Shown: piece after piece, positions 42,301 through 50,435 of the stretch | How the letters are laid out: each line of letters starts with the position of its first letter | Numbering within the stretch: the stretch's first letter is position 1 | Source of the DNA: a virus | Direction: 5' to 3' (one strand) | Length of the DNA stretch: 64,000 nucleotides | IMG/VR virus record: IMGVR_UViG_3300044620_001243 | Notes under the pieces: generated by a model | The model's database searches: none | Told to the model about the DNA's origin: nothing | The model's input: the letters and a program-made list of their open reading frames with translations, nothing else | Program-made: the position numbers and the translations under genes

Positions 42301-42711
42301 ATGAAAAAACTGTTCACATTTTTATTCTTAATGATTATTTCCATTGTTTCATATGGTCAAAAACCAATGGTTGGTTTTACGGAAGACGATATTAAAACAT
42401 ATAATAGAATTCAAAATGAAACGTTTTTTTGGGATAAAATTTATGAATCAAATATATGGTGTCTTTGGACAAAACACCAAACTCTTGATTTAATGAGCTT
42501 TTATGTTTTTGAATATGGTAAAAATAAAAACACCATGTTTGTAAACGCCACAAAAGATGATGAACTTGCTTTAATTATTTTAGATAAAATAAGAGAAGAT
42601 TGTGTTTTTTTAGGTAATGATAGGTACTTTAACAAAGACAATGGTTTGACAGTAAAATGTGAGTACAACCAAAGTGAGAAATCATTCATGTTTAAGTGGT
42701 GTTTTGAATAG
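42301..42711 (+). CDS. secreted hypothetical protein
   Basis: N-terminal signal peptide. 136 aa. Confidence 0.4.
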   Translation: MKKLFTFLFLMIISIVSYGQKPMVGFTEDDIKTYNRIQNETFFWDKIYESNIWCLWTKHQTLDLMSFYVFEYGKNKNTMFVNATKDDELALIILDKIREDCVFLGNDRYFNKDNGLTVKCEYNQSEKSFMFKWCFE

Positions 42712-42727
42712 TTTAAAAAAACATAAC

Positions 42728-43375
42728 ATGATTAATAATATTGAACTTATTAAACCCCTATTGAATTATGAAGAACACGGGGATTTTTACATGCTCTATG
42801 TTTTTAAAAGAAAAAAAGACCAACCCGAAGGAGAAAAAGATAACCATCAATCTGTTAGGACAATAAAAACATATTGTGTAGAAAGTATTGAATACTTAGA
42901 AAAAAGATTTGATGAGATAAAAGAATTGTGTGAATATTTTAAAGCGAGAGCATACATCCATGTTCAAAAACAAAACCATAAGGATGTCTCATTAGATATG
43001 ATGATTAGTTTGGCGGAAAAAATTAAAAATGGGCAACTGAATCAAAAGAATCTATTTGATTCGGTTGTTGGTCAAATAAAAACACACGAGAAAAGATGGG
43101 TCATTGACATTGATGGGTCTGAAACCCCATCTCCATTAATGATGGCAAATATTGAATATCATTGTAAACCAATAACCACACTTAAATATGATAAATCGGG
43201 GGTGATGAACGGTTATACTTCTGGCCCAAAAATTGAGGCCATTATCCCAACAAAAAACGGTCACCATATCATCACGAAAAAATTTGATGTGATGGAGTTT
43301 AAAAAATATTATCCCGATGTCGATATTCAAAAAAAGAATCCAACATTATTATATTATCCAAAAAGTTTAGGATAA
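42728..43375 (+). CDS. hypothetical protein
   Basis: ORF in the frame of the 42659..43375 track entry, with the start moved to ATG 42728 to avoid overlap. Confidence 0.35.
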   Translation: MINNIELIKPLLNYEEHGDFYMLYVFKRKKDQPEGEKDNHQSVRTIKTYCVESIEYLEKRFDEIKELCEYFKARAYIHVQKQNHKDVSLDMMISLAEKIKNGQLNQKNLFDSVVGQIKTHEKRWVIDIDGSETPSPLMMANIEYHCKPITTLKYDKSGVMNGYTSGPKIEAIIPTKNGHHIITKKFDVMEFKKYYPDVDIQKKNPTLLYYPKSLG

Positions 43376-43399
43376 TTTTTTATTTTCAATTTTTTTTCT

Positions 43400-43407
43400 T
43401 ACATTTG
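43400..43407 (+). promoter_or_regulatory. -7 box TACATTTG
   Basis: Upstream of ATG 43431. Confidence 0.4.
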
Positions 43408-43430
43408 TACTAACAAAAAAAAATACCAAC

Positions 43431-44411
43431 ATGAAAACAAAAAAAACTCAATTTGTAAATCTTTATGACGTATACAAAATAATTTTTAGTGATGATAAAA
43501 CTAAATATATTGATATGTTGTCAAGAATTTCAACTAAAAGTATTGAAAACGTTGAATTAATCAACTTACGAGAACATTTACTATCGTATGGTATTGGCGT
43601 TGATGTTTTAGATAAAATGTCAAATGTTGATTTATTGTTTCTTCATTCTGTTATGGATGGGATATTTCGTTATCACATGAAACTTGATAAGCAAGAAATT
43701 CAAACCGTAAGGAAGTTTATTGAATACAATGAGAGAGGTTTAATTGCAAATAATGATGTGTCCACATATAAAGATTTTAAAGAATTAGAAGATTCTGTTA
43801 GAATTGCAAATCTCAAAAGTCTTGATAAAGAAATGAGTAAAGAAATAAAAGAAATTTATTCTGACGATGAATGGTTTGTTTTAAGACCACTCACCACTTT
43901 ATCTGGTGAAAAATATGGATACGGTACTAAATGGTGCACAACCATGAATTCTGAATATTTTTTAAGATATTCACGAAATGGTATTTTGATTTACATAATC
44001 AATACAAAGACAGGAAAAAAAGTTGCATGTCATTCCTCTTTGGTAGAAGAAAATTCTACTTCTTTTTGGAATGAAGCAGATAATAGGGTGGACTCGATTG
44101 ACACAAATTTACCCGATTTTATTCTTGAAAAATTAAGAGTTGAACTTAAAAGTGGGGTAGACAATTTCAGTTTTCTTTCTGAAGAAAAACAAAAAATTGA
44201 ATTAGATAAAATTCATATAACCCTTAAAGAAAGTCATGAAATTGTAGAAAATATGGCAATGGATGAAATAATGGGGGAGGATGAGATGATTCCGACTCCA
44301 ATAAATCTGCATGAAAATATACGAAGGATGATAAATGGTGGTGGGGTGACGGGATTAAGAGGAAATGAATACGAACCCACGGAACAGAGGGAAGAAATTA
44401 GTGAAGAATAA
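43431..44411 (+). CDS. hypothetical protein
   Basis: 326-aa ORF preceded by a TACATTTG box. Confidence 0.4.
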   Translation: MKTKKTQFVNLYDVYKIIFSDDKTKYIDMLSRISTKSIENVELINLREHLLSYGIGVDVLDKMSNVDLLFLHSVMDGIFRYHMKLDKQEIQTVRKFIEYNERGLIANNDVSTYKDFKELEDSVRIANLKSLDKEMSKEIKEIYSDDEWFVLRPLTTLSGEKYGYGTKWCTTMNSEYFLRYSRNGILIYIINTKTGKKVACHSSLVEENSTSFWNEADNRVDSIDTNLPDFILEKLRVELKSGVDNFSFLSEEKQKIELDKIHITLKESHEIVENMAMDEIMGEDEMIPTPINLHENIRRMINGGGVTGLRGNEYEPTEQREEISEE

Positions 44412-44603
44412 GAAATACCACGGTTTATTGGATAAAATTATGCAACCAAAAGAATCAAAAACAAATACCCATTTTCAATTAAGTTTGATAAAATCTCTTT
44501 TAAGGATATTAGGATGTATTTATCTATTCTTTGGGTGTACAAGTATGTTTGTAATTATTTTCATATTTGCAGAAATTCTTGGAATTTTAGAAGAAATTTT
44601 GTA

Positions 44604-44627
44604 GTTTGAATTTTTTTTCGTATATTT
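44604..44627 (+). promoter_or_regulatory. promoter box TTTG…CGTATATTTG upstream of tRNA-Met
   Basis: An exact TAnnTTTG -7 consensus. Confidence 0.45.
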
Positions 44628-44653
44628 GTATTCTGAATATGAAAATAAACAAT

Positions 44654-44727
44654 AGCGGGGTGGTGGCAGATGGTAGCCCGCCAGGCTCATAACCTGGAGG
44701 TCGTAGGTTCGAGTCCTACCCCCGCAA
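44654..44727 (+). tRNA. tRNA-Met (CAT); 1:72 A:A mismatch, could be an initiator or a tRNA-Ile2-type
   Basis: Anticodon stem CCAGG/CCTGG with loop CTCATAA. T-arm GTAGG-TTCGAGT-CCTAC. Acceptor AGCGGGG/CCCCGCA. Promoter box TATATTTG at 44620. Confidence 0.8.
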
Positions 44728-44791
44728 CCGTATAGTTTTTGTTCTTTGACATCTTGGGAATTAAAAGTAAAAGTCGAGAGACTTAAAAATT

Positions 44792-44901
44792 AGTCAGGTG
44801 GCGGAATTGGTAGACGCAAGTGAGAATAGTAATTGCGCTGATGTAGCGGCAGATGCAGTAAGTTATTATTCATACAGGTTCGAGTCCTGTCCTGACTACC
44901 A
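44792..44901 (+). tRNA. tRNA-like unit 1 (Leu-type scaffold, 56-nt variable core, CCA encoded)
   Basis: 5' AGTCAGGTGGCGGAATTGGTAGACGC … ACAGGTTCGAGTCCTGTCCTGACTACCA 3'. Acceptor strands are complementary. No canonical anticodon arm was found. Confidence 0.5.
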
Positions 44902-44992
44902 AAGAAACAAGTAAAACGCAAACGCACAGTCCCTTGATGCATCAGGTGAGGCGCACACTGTATACTGGATGACCTCTGTTTCTTTTTTAATC
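44902..44992 (+). repeat. 91-nt spacer, identical copy at 45370-45460
   Basis: Exact duplicate following the two CCA-encoding units 1 and 3. It contains an AGAAACA…TGTTTCT helix followed by a T-run (terminator-like). Confidence 0.7.
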
Positions 44993-45101
44993 AGTCAGGT
45001 GGCGGAATTGGATAGACGCATTGAGGAATCTAAACTTGGTAGCATTTGTTAGATTTAATAGTAATCCTCCTTCCTTACAGGTTCGACTCCTGTCCTGACT
45101 A
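44993..45101 (+). tRNA. tRNA-like unit 2 (variable core 57 nt)
   Basis: Same conserved flanks. The core has a GAGGA…TCCTC stem enclosing 37 nt. Confidence 0.5.
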
Positions 45102-45267
45102 CGACAGTTAGCAGATAATACTTGGTAGTTCTTGTAACGTCTGACTATGCGTGAGGTGGTTTTATAACTTTCCACCAGCTGGTCCAAAACTAAAAGTTAA
45201 TACAGGTTTAATAACGGGGTGAAGGAAAGTCTAACTAACAAGTACTTCACTACCTACTGTAAAAATT

Positions 45268-45369
45268 AGTCAGGTGACGAAATTGGTAGACGTGCCACGA
45301 ATAAAACTAAGTGGTGGAGAAACAGCTTTCAGGCACTCCATACAGGTTCGAGTCCTGTCCTGACTACCA
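45268..45369 (+). tRNA. tRNA-like unit 3 (CCA encoded; compensatory D-stem A10:T25)
   Basis: D-stem ACG/CGT versus GCG/CGC in the other units. Followed by the same 91-nt spacer as unit 1. Confidence 0.5.
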
Positions 45370-45460
45370 AAGAAACAAGTAAAACGCAAACGCACAGTCC
45401 CTTGATGCATCAGGTGAGGCGCACACTGTATACTGGATGACCTCTGTTTCTTTTTTAATC

Positions 45461-45558
45461 AGTCAGGTGGCGGAATGGTAGACGCACTGGACAGGCGATG
45501 CATTTAAAACAGAAATAAGCCCAGTCGGTACTTACAGGTTCGAATCCTGTCCTGACTA
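45461..45558 (+). tRNA. tRNA-like unit 4
   Basis: Conserved flanks. The core has an ACTGG…CCAGT stem with a 30-nt loop. Confidence 0.5.
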
Positions 45559-45926
45559 CAAATCTTAGGAGTAATTAACCTAAGACTGAGAGGTTCGAAA
45601 CTCTCGATTGGCTATGGTGTAATGGGCACAGAGAAACGGAGTACGAAAGGGGTTACGGGAATTTTCCCGCAAACATCAGAAACGGGACTCAGGATTATGG
45701 TTCGAATCCATATTAGTCAACAAGCCGTCTTTTTTTCTTGTCCGCCGTGGACGTGGATTGTTGAGACGTAAAAGTAACAATCGATTGATTAGAGAACGGT
45801 AGGATACAGGTTCACTAGACGAAGGTAGAAGTTTTTTTTTGATAGATGGGTTTGAGTTCTTTATAACAACAAACCAACTATAATTCAGTAGGGACAAATG
45901 GGAGCGGCTTACTCCAGTCCCGAAAT

Positions 45927-46085
45927 AGTCAGGTGGCGGAATTGGTAGACGCTATGAAATCATGTTTTAAGATTGAACGGGTAGGCAGACGTAACATATA
46001 GGTAAAAGAGTGTTATCGCCGAATACACTTATAAGGGTCCTATGAAAAAACTTCAATCATACAGGTTCAAGTCCTGTCCTGACTA
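45927..46085 (+). tRNA. tRNA-like unit 5 (110-nt core)
   Basis: Conserved flanks with T-arm ACAGGTTCAAGTCCTGT. The very long core suggests an insertion or intron. Confidence 0.45.
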
Positions 46086-46328
46086 CACGTTCCGAAACAG
46101 ACAACGGATAGTTCCACTATGAACGATGAGAAACAGGGTGATGTCCTGTATTAGTTATCGCCTCCCGAATGCGGTCGGGATAGGTTGACCACCTAAACAT
46201 CAGCAATGTGAACGGTCTATTTCTAACTCACCTACGTTTGTAAGACAACATAGAAGTGACGAGACGGGAAACTCGTCGTGAGGACATCCAAGACACCTGT
46301 AAGTTGGATAAATTAGGGTGTTATTTTT

Positions 46329-46451
46329 AGTCAGGTGTGGGTAAAAATGCGCTAACTGGAAACCCACTGAAAGCGAAAGCAAAGTCGAGGTCTAAATGCG
46401 CACTATGGCCGAGGTAATGGCGAGATACAGGTTCAAGTCCTGTCCTGACTA
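46329..46451 (+). tRNA. tRNA-like unit 6 (altered D region)
   Basis: Acceptor AGTCAGG/CCTGACT and T-arm conserved. The D region is replaced by TGGG…CCCA. Confidence 0.4.
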
Positions 46452-46596
46452 CAAAGACAATGGTTTTCCCCATTCAACGGATGTCGACAATCCAGAATGG
46501 AATCGGAATTCAGCACCCTCAGCCGAGGCGCCTCGTAAAACTACGATTAAGCTGTTAAGATTGGAGCGAGACGGGTACTCCATCATTGTCTTATTT

Positions 46597-46668
46597 GGTC
46601 GGTTCATCTAGAGGTTAGGATACAAGATTTTCATTCTTGTCACATGGGTTCGATTCCCATACCGACTA
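46597..46668 (+). tRNA. tRNA-Glu (TTC)
   Basis: Clean cloverleaf. Acceptor GGTCGGT/ACCGACT, D GGAT-loop-ATCT, anticodon stem CAAGA/TCTTG with loop TTTTCAT, T-arm ATGGG-TTCGATT-CCCAT. 72 nt. Confidence 0.8.
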
Positions 46669-46833
46669 CCTTGGAGGTATAGGGGTAAACCCTTGAGGCG
46701 AAGTACAAGCCATAGTCACTGAACTTAAACTGACCTCCAACCAAATTAGAAGTGTCGCAATACGCGTTTCAATCTAATTGATAGACGTATCAATGAAGAT
46801 GTTCGAGGGTGAAAATCCCAAGCTTCTAATCCT

Positions 46834-46938
46834 CCATTCTTAGTGTTATGTGGTTAAAACACGTTAACTCTTACATCGCCTGATTAGCGCTAATCCGAAT
46901 GTAAGACGAGTAAGTTGGTTCGAATCCAACAGAATGGA
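46834..46938 (+). tRNA. tRNA-like gene with distinct acceptor (CCATTCT/AGAATGG), canonical D and T arms, and a 26-nt insertion inside a TCTTAC/GTAAGA helix (possible intron-containing tRNA)
   Basis: D-arm GTGT-loop-ACAC and T-arm GTTGG-TTCGAAT-CCAAC. The core is too long for a type I tRNA and the anticodon is unresolved. Confidence 0.45.
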
Positions 46939-47216
46939 CAATGAGTAAGAGATACTCAGAGTCTTTGGTCTAAGACTTAAACAATAGACTCGCAGAATGT
47001 CTACGGCGTGAGTGGGACATCATGGGAACAAAGAAGAGTCACACACCTTCTCCCAGTAGTGTTGACAGGTTTTTATGTGGTAAGACACTAATGAAAAAGA
47101 CTCGTTCTATGGGGTACTTATCTGGAGTATCAAACAAGTGTGAGTGATATGGTTCTCGAACAGACAGAGAAACCCGTTAAAATCTACCCGTCTGGAATCT
47201 CAGGATGGGGAAACAT

Positions 47217-47319
47217 AGTCAGGTGGCGGAGTGGGCTAACGCTAACTTGGAAGAGTCTGAGGAGTGGTAACCAAGTACCTATACTCTGATGACCGCAGGT
47301 TCGAATCCTGTCCTGACTA
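47217..47319 (+). tRNA. tRNA-like unit 7
   Basis: Conserved flanks (D-loop variant AGTGGGCTAA, T-stem GCAGG). The core has a CTTGG…CCAAG stem. Confidence 0.45.
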
Positions 47320-47337
47320 CAAAAATAAATTAAAATT

Positions 47338-47598
47338 ATGTTTATAGAAAGATTTTTTAACCCCTATGTGTCATCTCACGAAAGGGTATTATATGAGAAT
47401 AAAGAAGCAATTGAACATTGTTTGAAATATCATACATGGATTAGACATTATTCATTTGAAGGTGATGAATATATCAAAAATGTTAATGGTAAATTAGTTT
47501 GGAATGATGGTAGTAAAGTTGATAAAAGAAAATTACCTAAAAAAGGAAAAGGATGGGGCAGATATTCAAGTGAACTTTATAATTTGTGTTCTTTTTAA
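47338..47598 (+). CDS. small hypothetical protein embedded in tRNA island
   Basis: 86-aa ORF that exactly fills the gap between units 7 and 8. Confidence 0.35.
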   Translation: MFIERFFNPYVSSHERVLYENKEAIEHCLKYHTWIRHYSFEGDEYIKNVNGKLVWNDGSKVDKRKLPKKGKGWGRYSSELYNLCSF

Positions 47599-47605
47599 AT
47601 TAAAT

Positions 47606-47751
47606 AGTCAGGTGGCGGAATTGGTTAGACGCTGTAAAAGTAAGATATGGGAATTGTGCACTCGGTAAACCTACGCACAAGGCTTAGATAGTTGTGCAAC
47701 AGCGGAAAGTCTTACAAAACTATCTTACAGGTTCGAATCCTGTCCTGACTG
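47606..47751 (+). tRNA. tRNA-like unit 8 (95-nt core closed by 8-bp GTAAGATA/TATCTTAC helix; discriminator G)
   Basis: Conserved flanks. The self-contained closing helix suggests an inserted element or intron. Confidence 0.45.
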
Positions 47752-47906
47752 CAAAATTAAAGATATGTTTAGAACATTAAATTATATTTGGAAATTGTTT
47801 TGGAAAAGACCTAGTAGAAGAGTATTTTTTATATTTTTTAGAATGCTAAAAACGGAAATTAAGTGTTTAATGTTGACTGGATACTCAACAGATGAATTAC
47901 TAAATT

Positions 47907-48033
47907 AGTCAGGTGGCGGAATTGGTAGACGCACGATTTATTGTTTAACGATGTGGCTCAATGTCCTAATGGATGAGAGAAAATAAACAGAGAAATATAC
48001 CACATACAGGTTCGAATCCTGTCCTGACTACCA
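47907..48033 (+). tRNA. tRNA-like unit 9 (CCA encoded)
   Basis: Conserved flanks with a 73-nt core. Confidence 0.45.
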
Positions 48034-48085
48034 AGTTAACCCACTAAGACTAGAAACGGGTGACACCTCGGAAAGACGAGGACAT

Positions 48086-48170
48086 AGTCAGGTGGCGGAA
48101 TGGATAGACGCGGCCCTATCAGGGGTAGAGGCGAAAGAAACTCATACAGGTTCGAATCCTGTCCTGACTA
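48086..48170 (+). tRNA. tRNA-like unit 10 (85 nt, type-II length)
   Basis: Conserved flanks. The 34-nt core forms CCCT-ATC-AGGG and GAG…CTC minihairpins but no 7-nt anticodon loop. Confidence 0.45.
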
Positions 48171-48278
48171 CACAGTGTTGGCTTCAAGGACCTATTAGGG
48201 AAGTACACTTAAATAAAACAAGAACGGGGAAAACACCGAATCTGCAGATAACGGCGAAGTACCAACGAAAGGTGAAAC

Positions 48279-48352
48279 GACCTCATAGCTTAATTGGTAA
48301 AGCACCTGGCTTTTAACCAGGGGAGTCCAGAGTTCGAGTCTCGGTGGGGTCA
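48279..48352 (+). tRNA. tRNA-Lys (TTT)
   Basis: Acceptor GACCTCA/TGGGGTC, D GCTT-AATTGGTA-AAGC, anticodon stem CCTGG/CCAGG with loop CTTTTAA, T-loop TTCGAGT. Confidence 0.85.
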
Positions 48353-48553
48353 CAAAGGTTGATTGGGGAATGATGGTGACAAAGACTTGAGAGTTTATGC
48401 CGGTCGTTACCATCGGAGTTGGGAGGTATAAACCTAAGCAATGCCAATCGTAAAAGGAGTTGTCCACTCGACCATCTTCTCCTTTCCTTTTTTTTAAAAA
48501 AATTCTTAAAGACACATTTTGGTTTTATCATTTTACTTTTGTATATTTTACAT

Positions 48554-48820
48554 ATGAAAAACATAATAAACATAAGAAAAGTTGTATCTCAACTAACTCA
48601 AGAATATCTCTTTTTTAAAGAGGCATTTGAATCAGACGTGGATTCTGAAACTATGGAAAACACCAAAACGATTATGGATGATTTTGAAGATTTCGTTGAT
48701 GCATATTTGGATGAAAACGATGTTGATGATACGATAACAGACGATGAGATTTTAGATGATTGGATTGAAAAAAATGAGAGGTCAATGTATAAAAAGTTGA
48801 ATCGAAACGATATCAATTAA
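48554..48820 (+). CDS. small acidic hypothetical protein
   Basis: 88-aa ORF starting at ATG 48554, directly after a TATATTTT box. Confidence 0.35.
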   Translation: MKNIINIRKVVSQLTQEYLFFKEAFESDVDSETMENTKTIMDDFEDFVDAYLDENDVDDTITDDEILDDWIEKNERSMYKKLNRNDIN

Positions 48821-49001
48821 TCAATGGAAAAGAAGTGACCAAGTTTACTTTAATAAAATTTTTGAATTTTTTTGGAATTCTCATTTCTTTTAGTTATATT
48901 TGTATCATATTCGTTCTTTGAAATATTAAAAATGTAATTAATACCATTAACACTTATAAATACCCTTTCTATAACGATATAAATAATTTATAGATATTTA
49001 T

Positions 49002-50435
49002 ATGTGTGAATTTTTACCAAAAAGAATGGGTTATAAGTTAGAATTACTTAAAAGTGCGTTAAGTATTGATGGGGTTGAATCAATAGATAATGTGATAAAT
49101 TGGATTTTACTTCAAAATAAATCAACACATATTTCTGTAAATCGTGTTGATTTAATGTCACTTAAAAATTGGTTTTTTTCAAATGACATTCAAAACATAT
49201 ATCATAAAACTGGTAAATTTTTTTCTATTGATGGAATAACAGTTAAAACTAATTGGGGAACTATTAATGAATGGGACCAACCCATTATTAACCAACCTGA
49301 AATAGGGTTTTTAGGGTTTATCACACAAGAAATAAATGGGGTTTTACATTTCTTATTACAAGCTAAGATTGAACCAGGAAACGTAAATTATGTGCAATTA
49401 TCCCCAACTTTACAAGCCACACGTAGTAATTACACTCAAATTCATAGAGGAAATAAACCTTTTTTTCTTGAATATTTTTTAAATGTTAAATCAGAAAACA
49501 TTCTTTTTGACCAGTTACAATCTGAACAAGGTGCTCGTTTTTTGCGAAAACGAAACAGAAACATTATTATTAAAGTTGACGAACCAATAAAGCCACCTTC
49601 TAATTTTATGTGGTTAACTTTAGGTCAACTCAAACTATTAATGAAGATGTCTAATATCGTAAATATGGATACAAGAACAGTAATTTCTGGTATTTTATTT
49701 GACGGTCTTTCTCAATTTAATTATGAACAAATCATGAATGAAAAAGGAATAGTTCCTTCTGATTTGGGTGTTTCATTTTTTAAATCTGCAATTCTTAATG
49801 AAGGGTCTCTTCATAGTATTGAAGAGATAATTACATTTTTAACTAAACACAAAAGTTTTTTTGAAATTTTTATTGAACGAATACCACTTACTCATTTACG
49901 TAAATGGGAAGTCAAATCAGACGAGATTGTACGTCCTGATAATAAATATTTTAAAATTATTGGTGTAAATGTTGAAATTGATAATCGAGAAGTATCTAAT
50001 TGGGACCAACCGATGTTAATGCCATTGCAAGAAGGTATTTGTGCCATGATTGTTAAAAACATAAATGGTGTAATGCATTTTTTAATGTTAGCAAAATTAG
50101 AGTGTGGTAATCATGATATTATTGAATTTGCACCAACTATTCAACACACATCAACTGGCAATGATTTGTCATCTAATTGTCCACCATTTTTAAATTATGT
50201 GCTTGAATCCAATGAAAAACAAATAATTTACGACACTTATCAATCAGAAGAAGGTGGTAGATTTTATCGAGAACAAAATAGGTATCTAATTGTCCTCGCA
50301 GATGAAGATTTTAAAAACGAAGTGCCTGAAAATTATATTTGGATGACATTGTATCAAATTCAAGTTTTTTTAAAATTTAACAATTATATTAATATACAGG
50401 CACGTAGTCTTATCGCGGCTATTTCTTATTTATGA
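49002..50435 (+). CDS. NDP-hexose 2,3-dehydratase-like (two-domain) protein
   Basis: Internal duplication (…EIGFLGFITQEINGVLHFLLQAKIEPGN… and …EGICAMIVKNINGVMHFLMLAKLECGN…), typical of EvaA/TylX3-type 2,3-dehydratases. Confidence 0.55.
   Translation: MCEFLPKRMGYKLELLKSALSIDGVESIDNVINWILLQNKSTHISVNRVDLMSLKNWFFSNDIQNIYHKTGKFFSIDGITVKTNWGTINEWDQPIINQPEIGFLGFITQEINGVLHFLLQAKIEPGNVNYVQLSPTLQATRSNYTQIHRGNKPFFLEYFLNVKSENILFDQLQSEQGARFLRKRNRNIIIKVDEPIKPPSNFMWLTLGQLKLLMKMSNIVNMDTRTVISGILFDGLSQFNYEQIMNEKGIVPSDLGVSFFKSAILNEGSLHSIEEIITFLTKHKSFFEIFIERIPLTHLRKWEVKSDEIVRPDNKYFKIIGVNVEIDNREVSNWDQPMLMPLQEGICAMIVKNINGVMHFLMLAKLECGNHDIIEFAPTIQHTSTGNDLSSNCPPFLNYVLESNEKQIIYDTYQSEEGGRFYREQNRYLIVLADEDFKNEVPENYIWMTLYQIQVFLKFNNYINIQARSLIAAISYL

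Noticed and set aside
46396-46611. 71-aa ORF inside the tRNA island
   Set aside because: It runs into tRNA-Glu, has an atypical GC-rich composition, and has no promoter box or leader.
44640-48400. CRISPR array
   Set aside because: The repeats here are tRNA-arm segments of 26 nt in fixed 5' and 3' pairs, with variable cores of very unequal length. There is no regular repeat-spacer periodicity and no cas genes.
48092-48573. Track ORFs 48092..48316(+), 48195..48515(-) and 48313..48573(-)
   Set aside because: They overlap tRNA-like unit 10 and the well-folded tRNA-Lys (48279-48352). These are most likely spurious.
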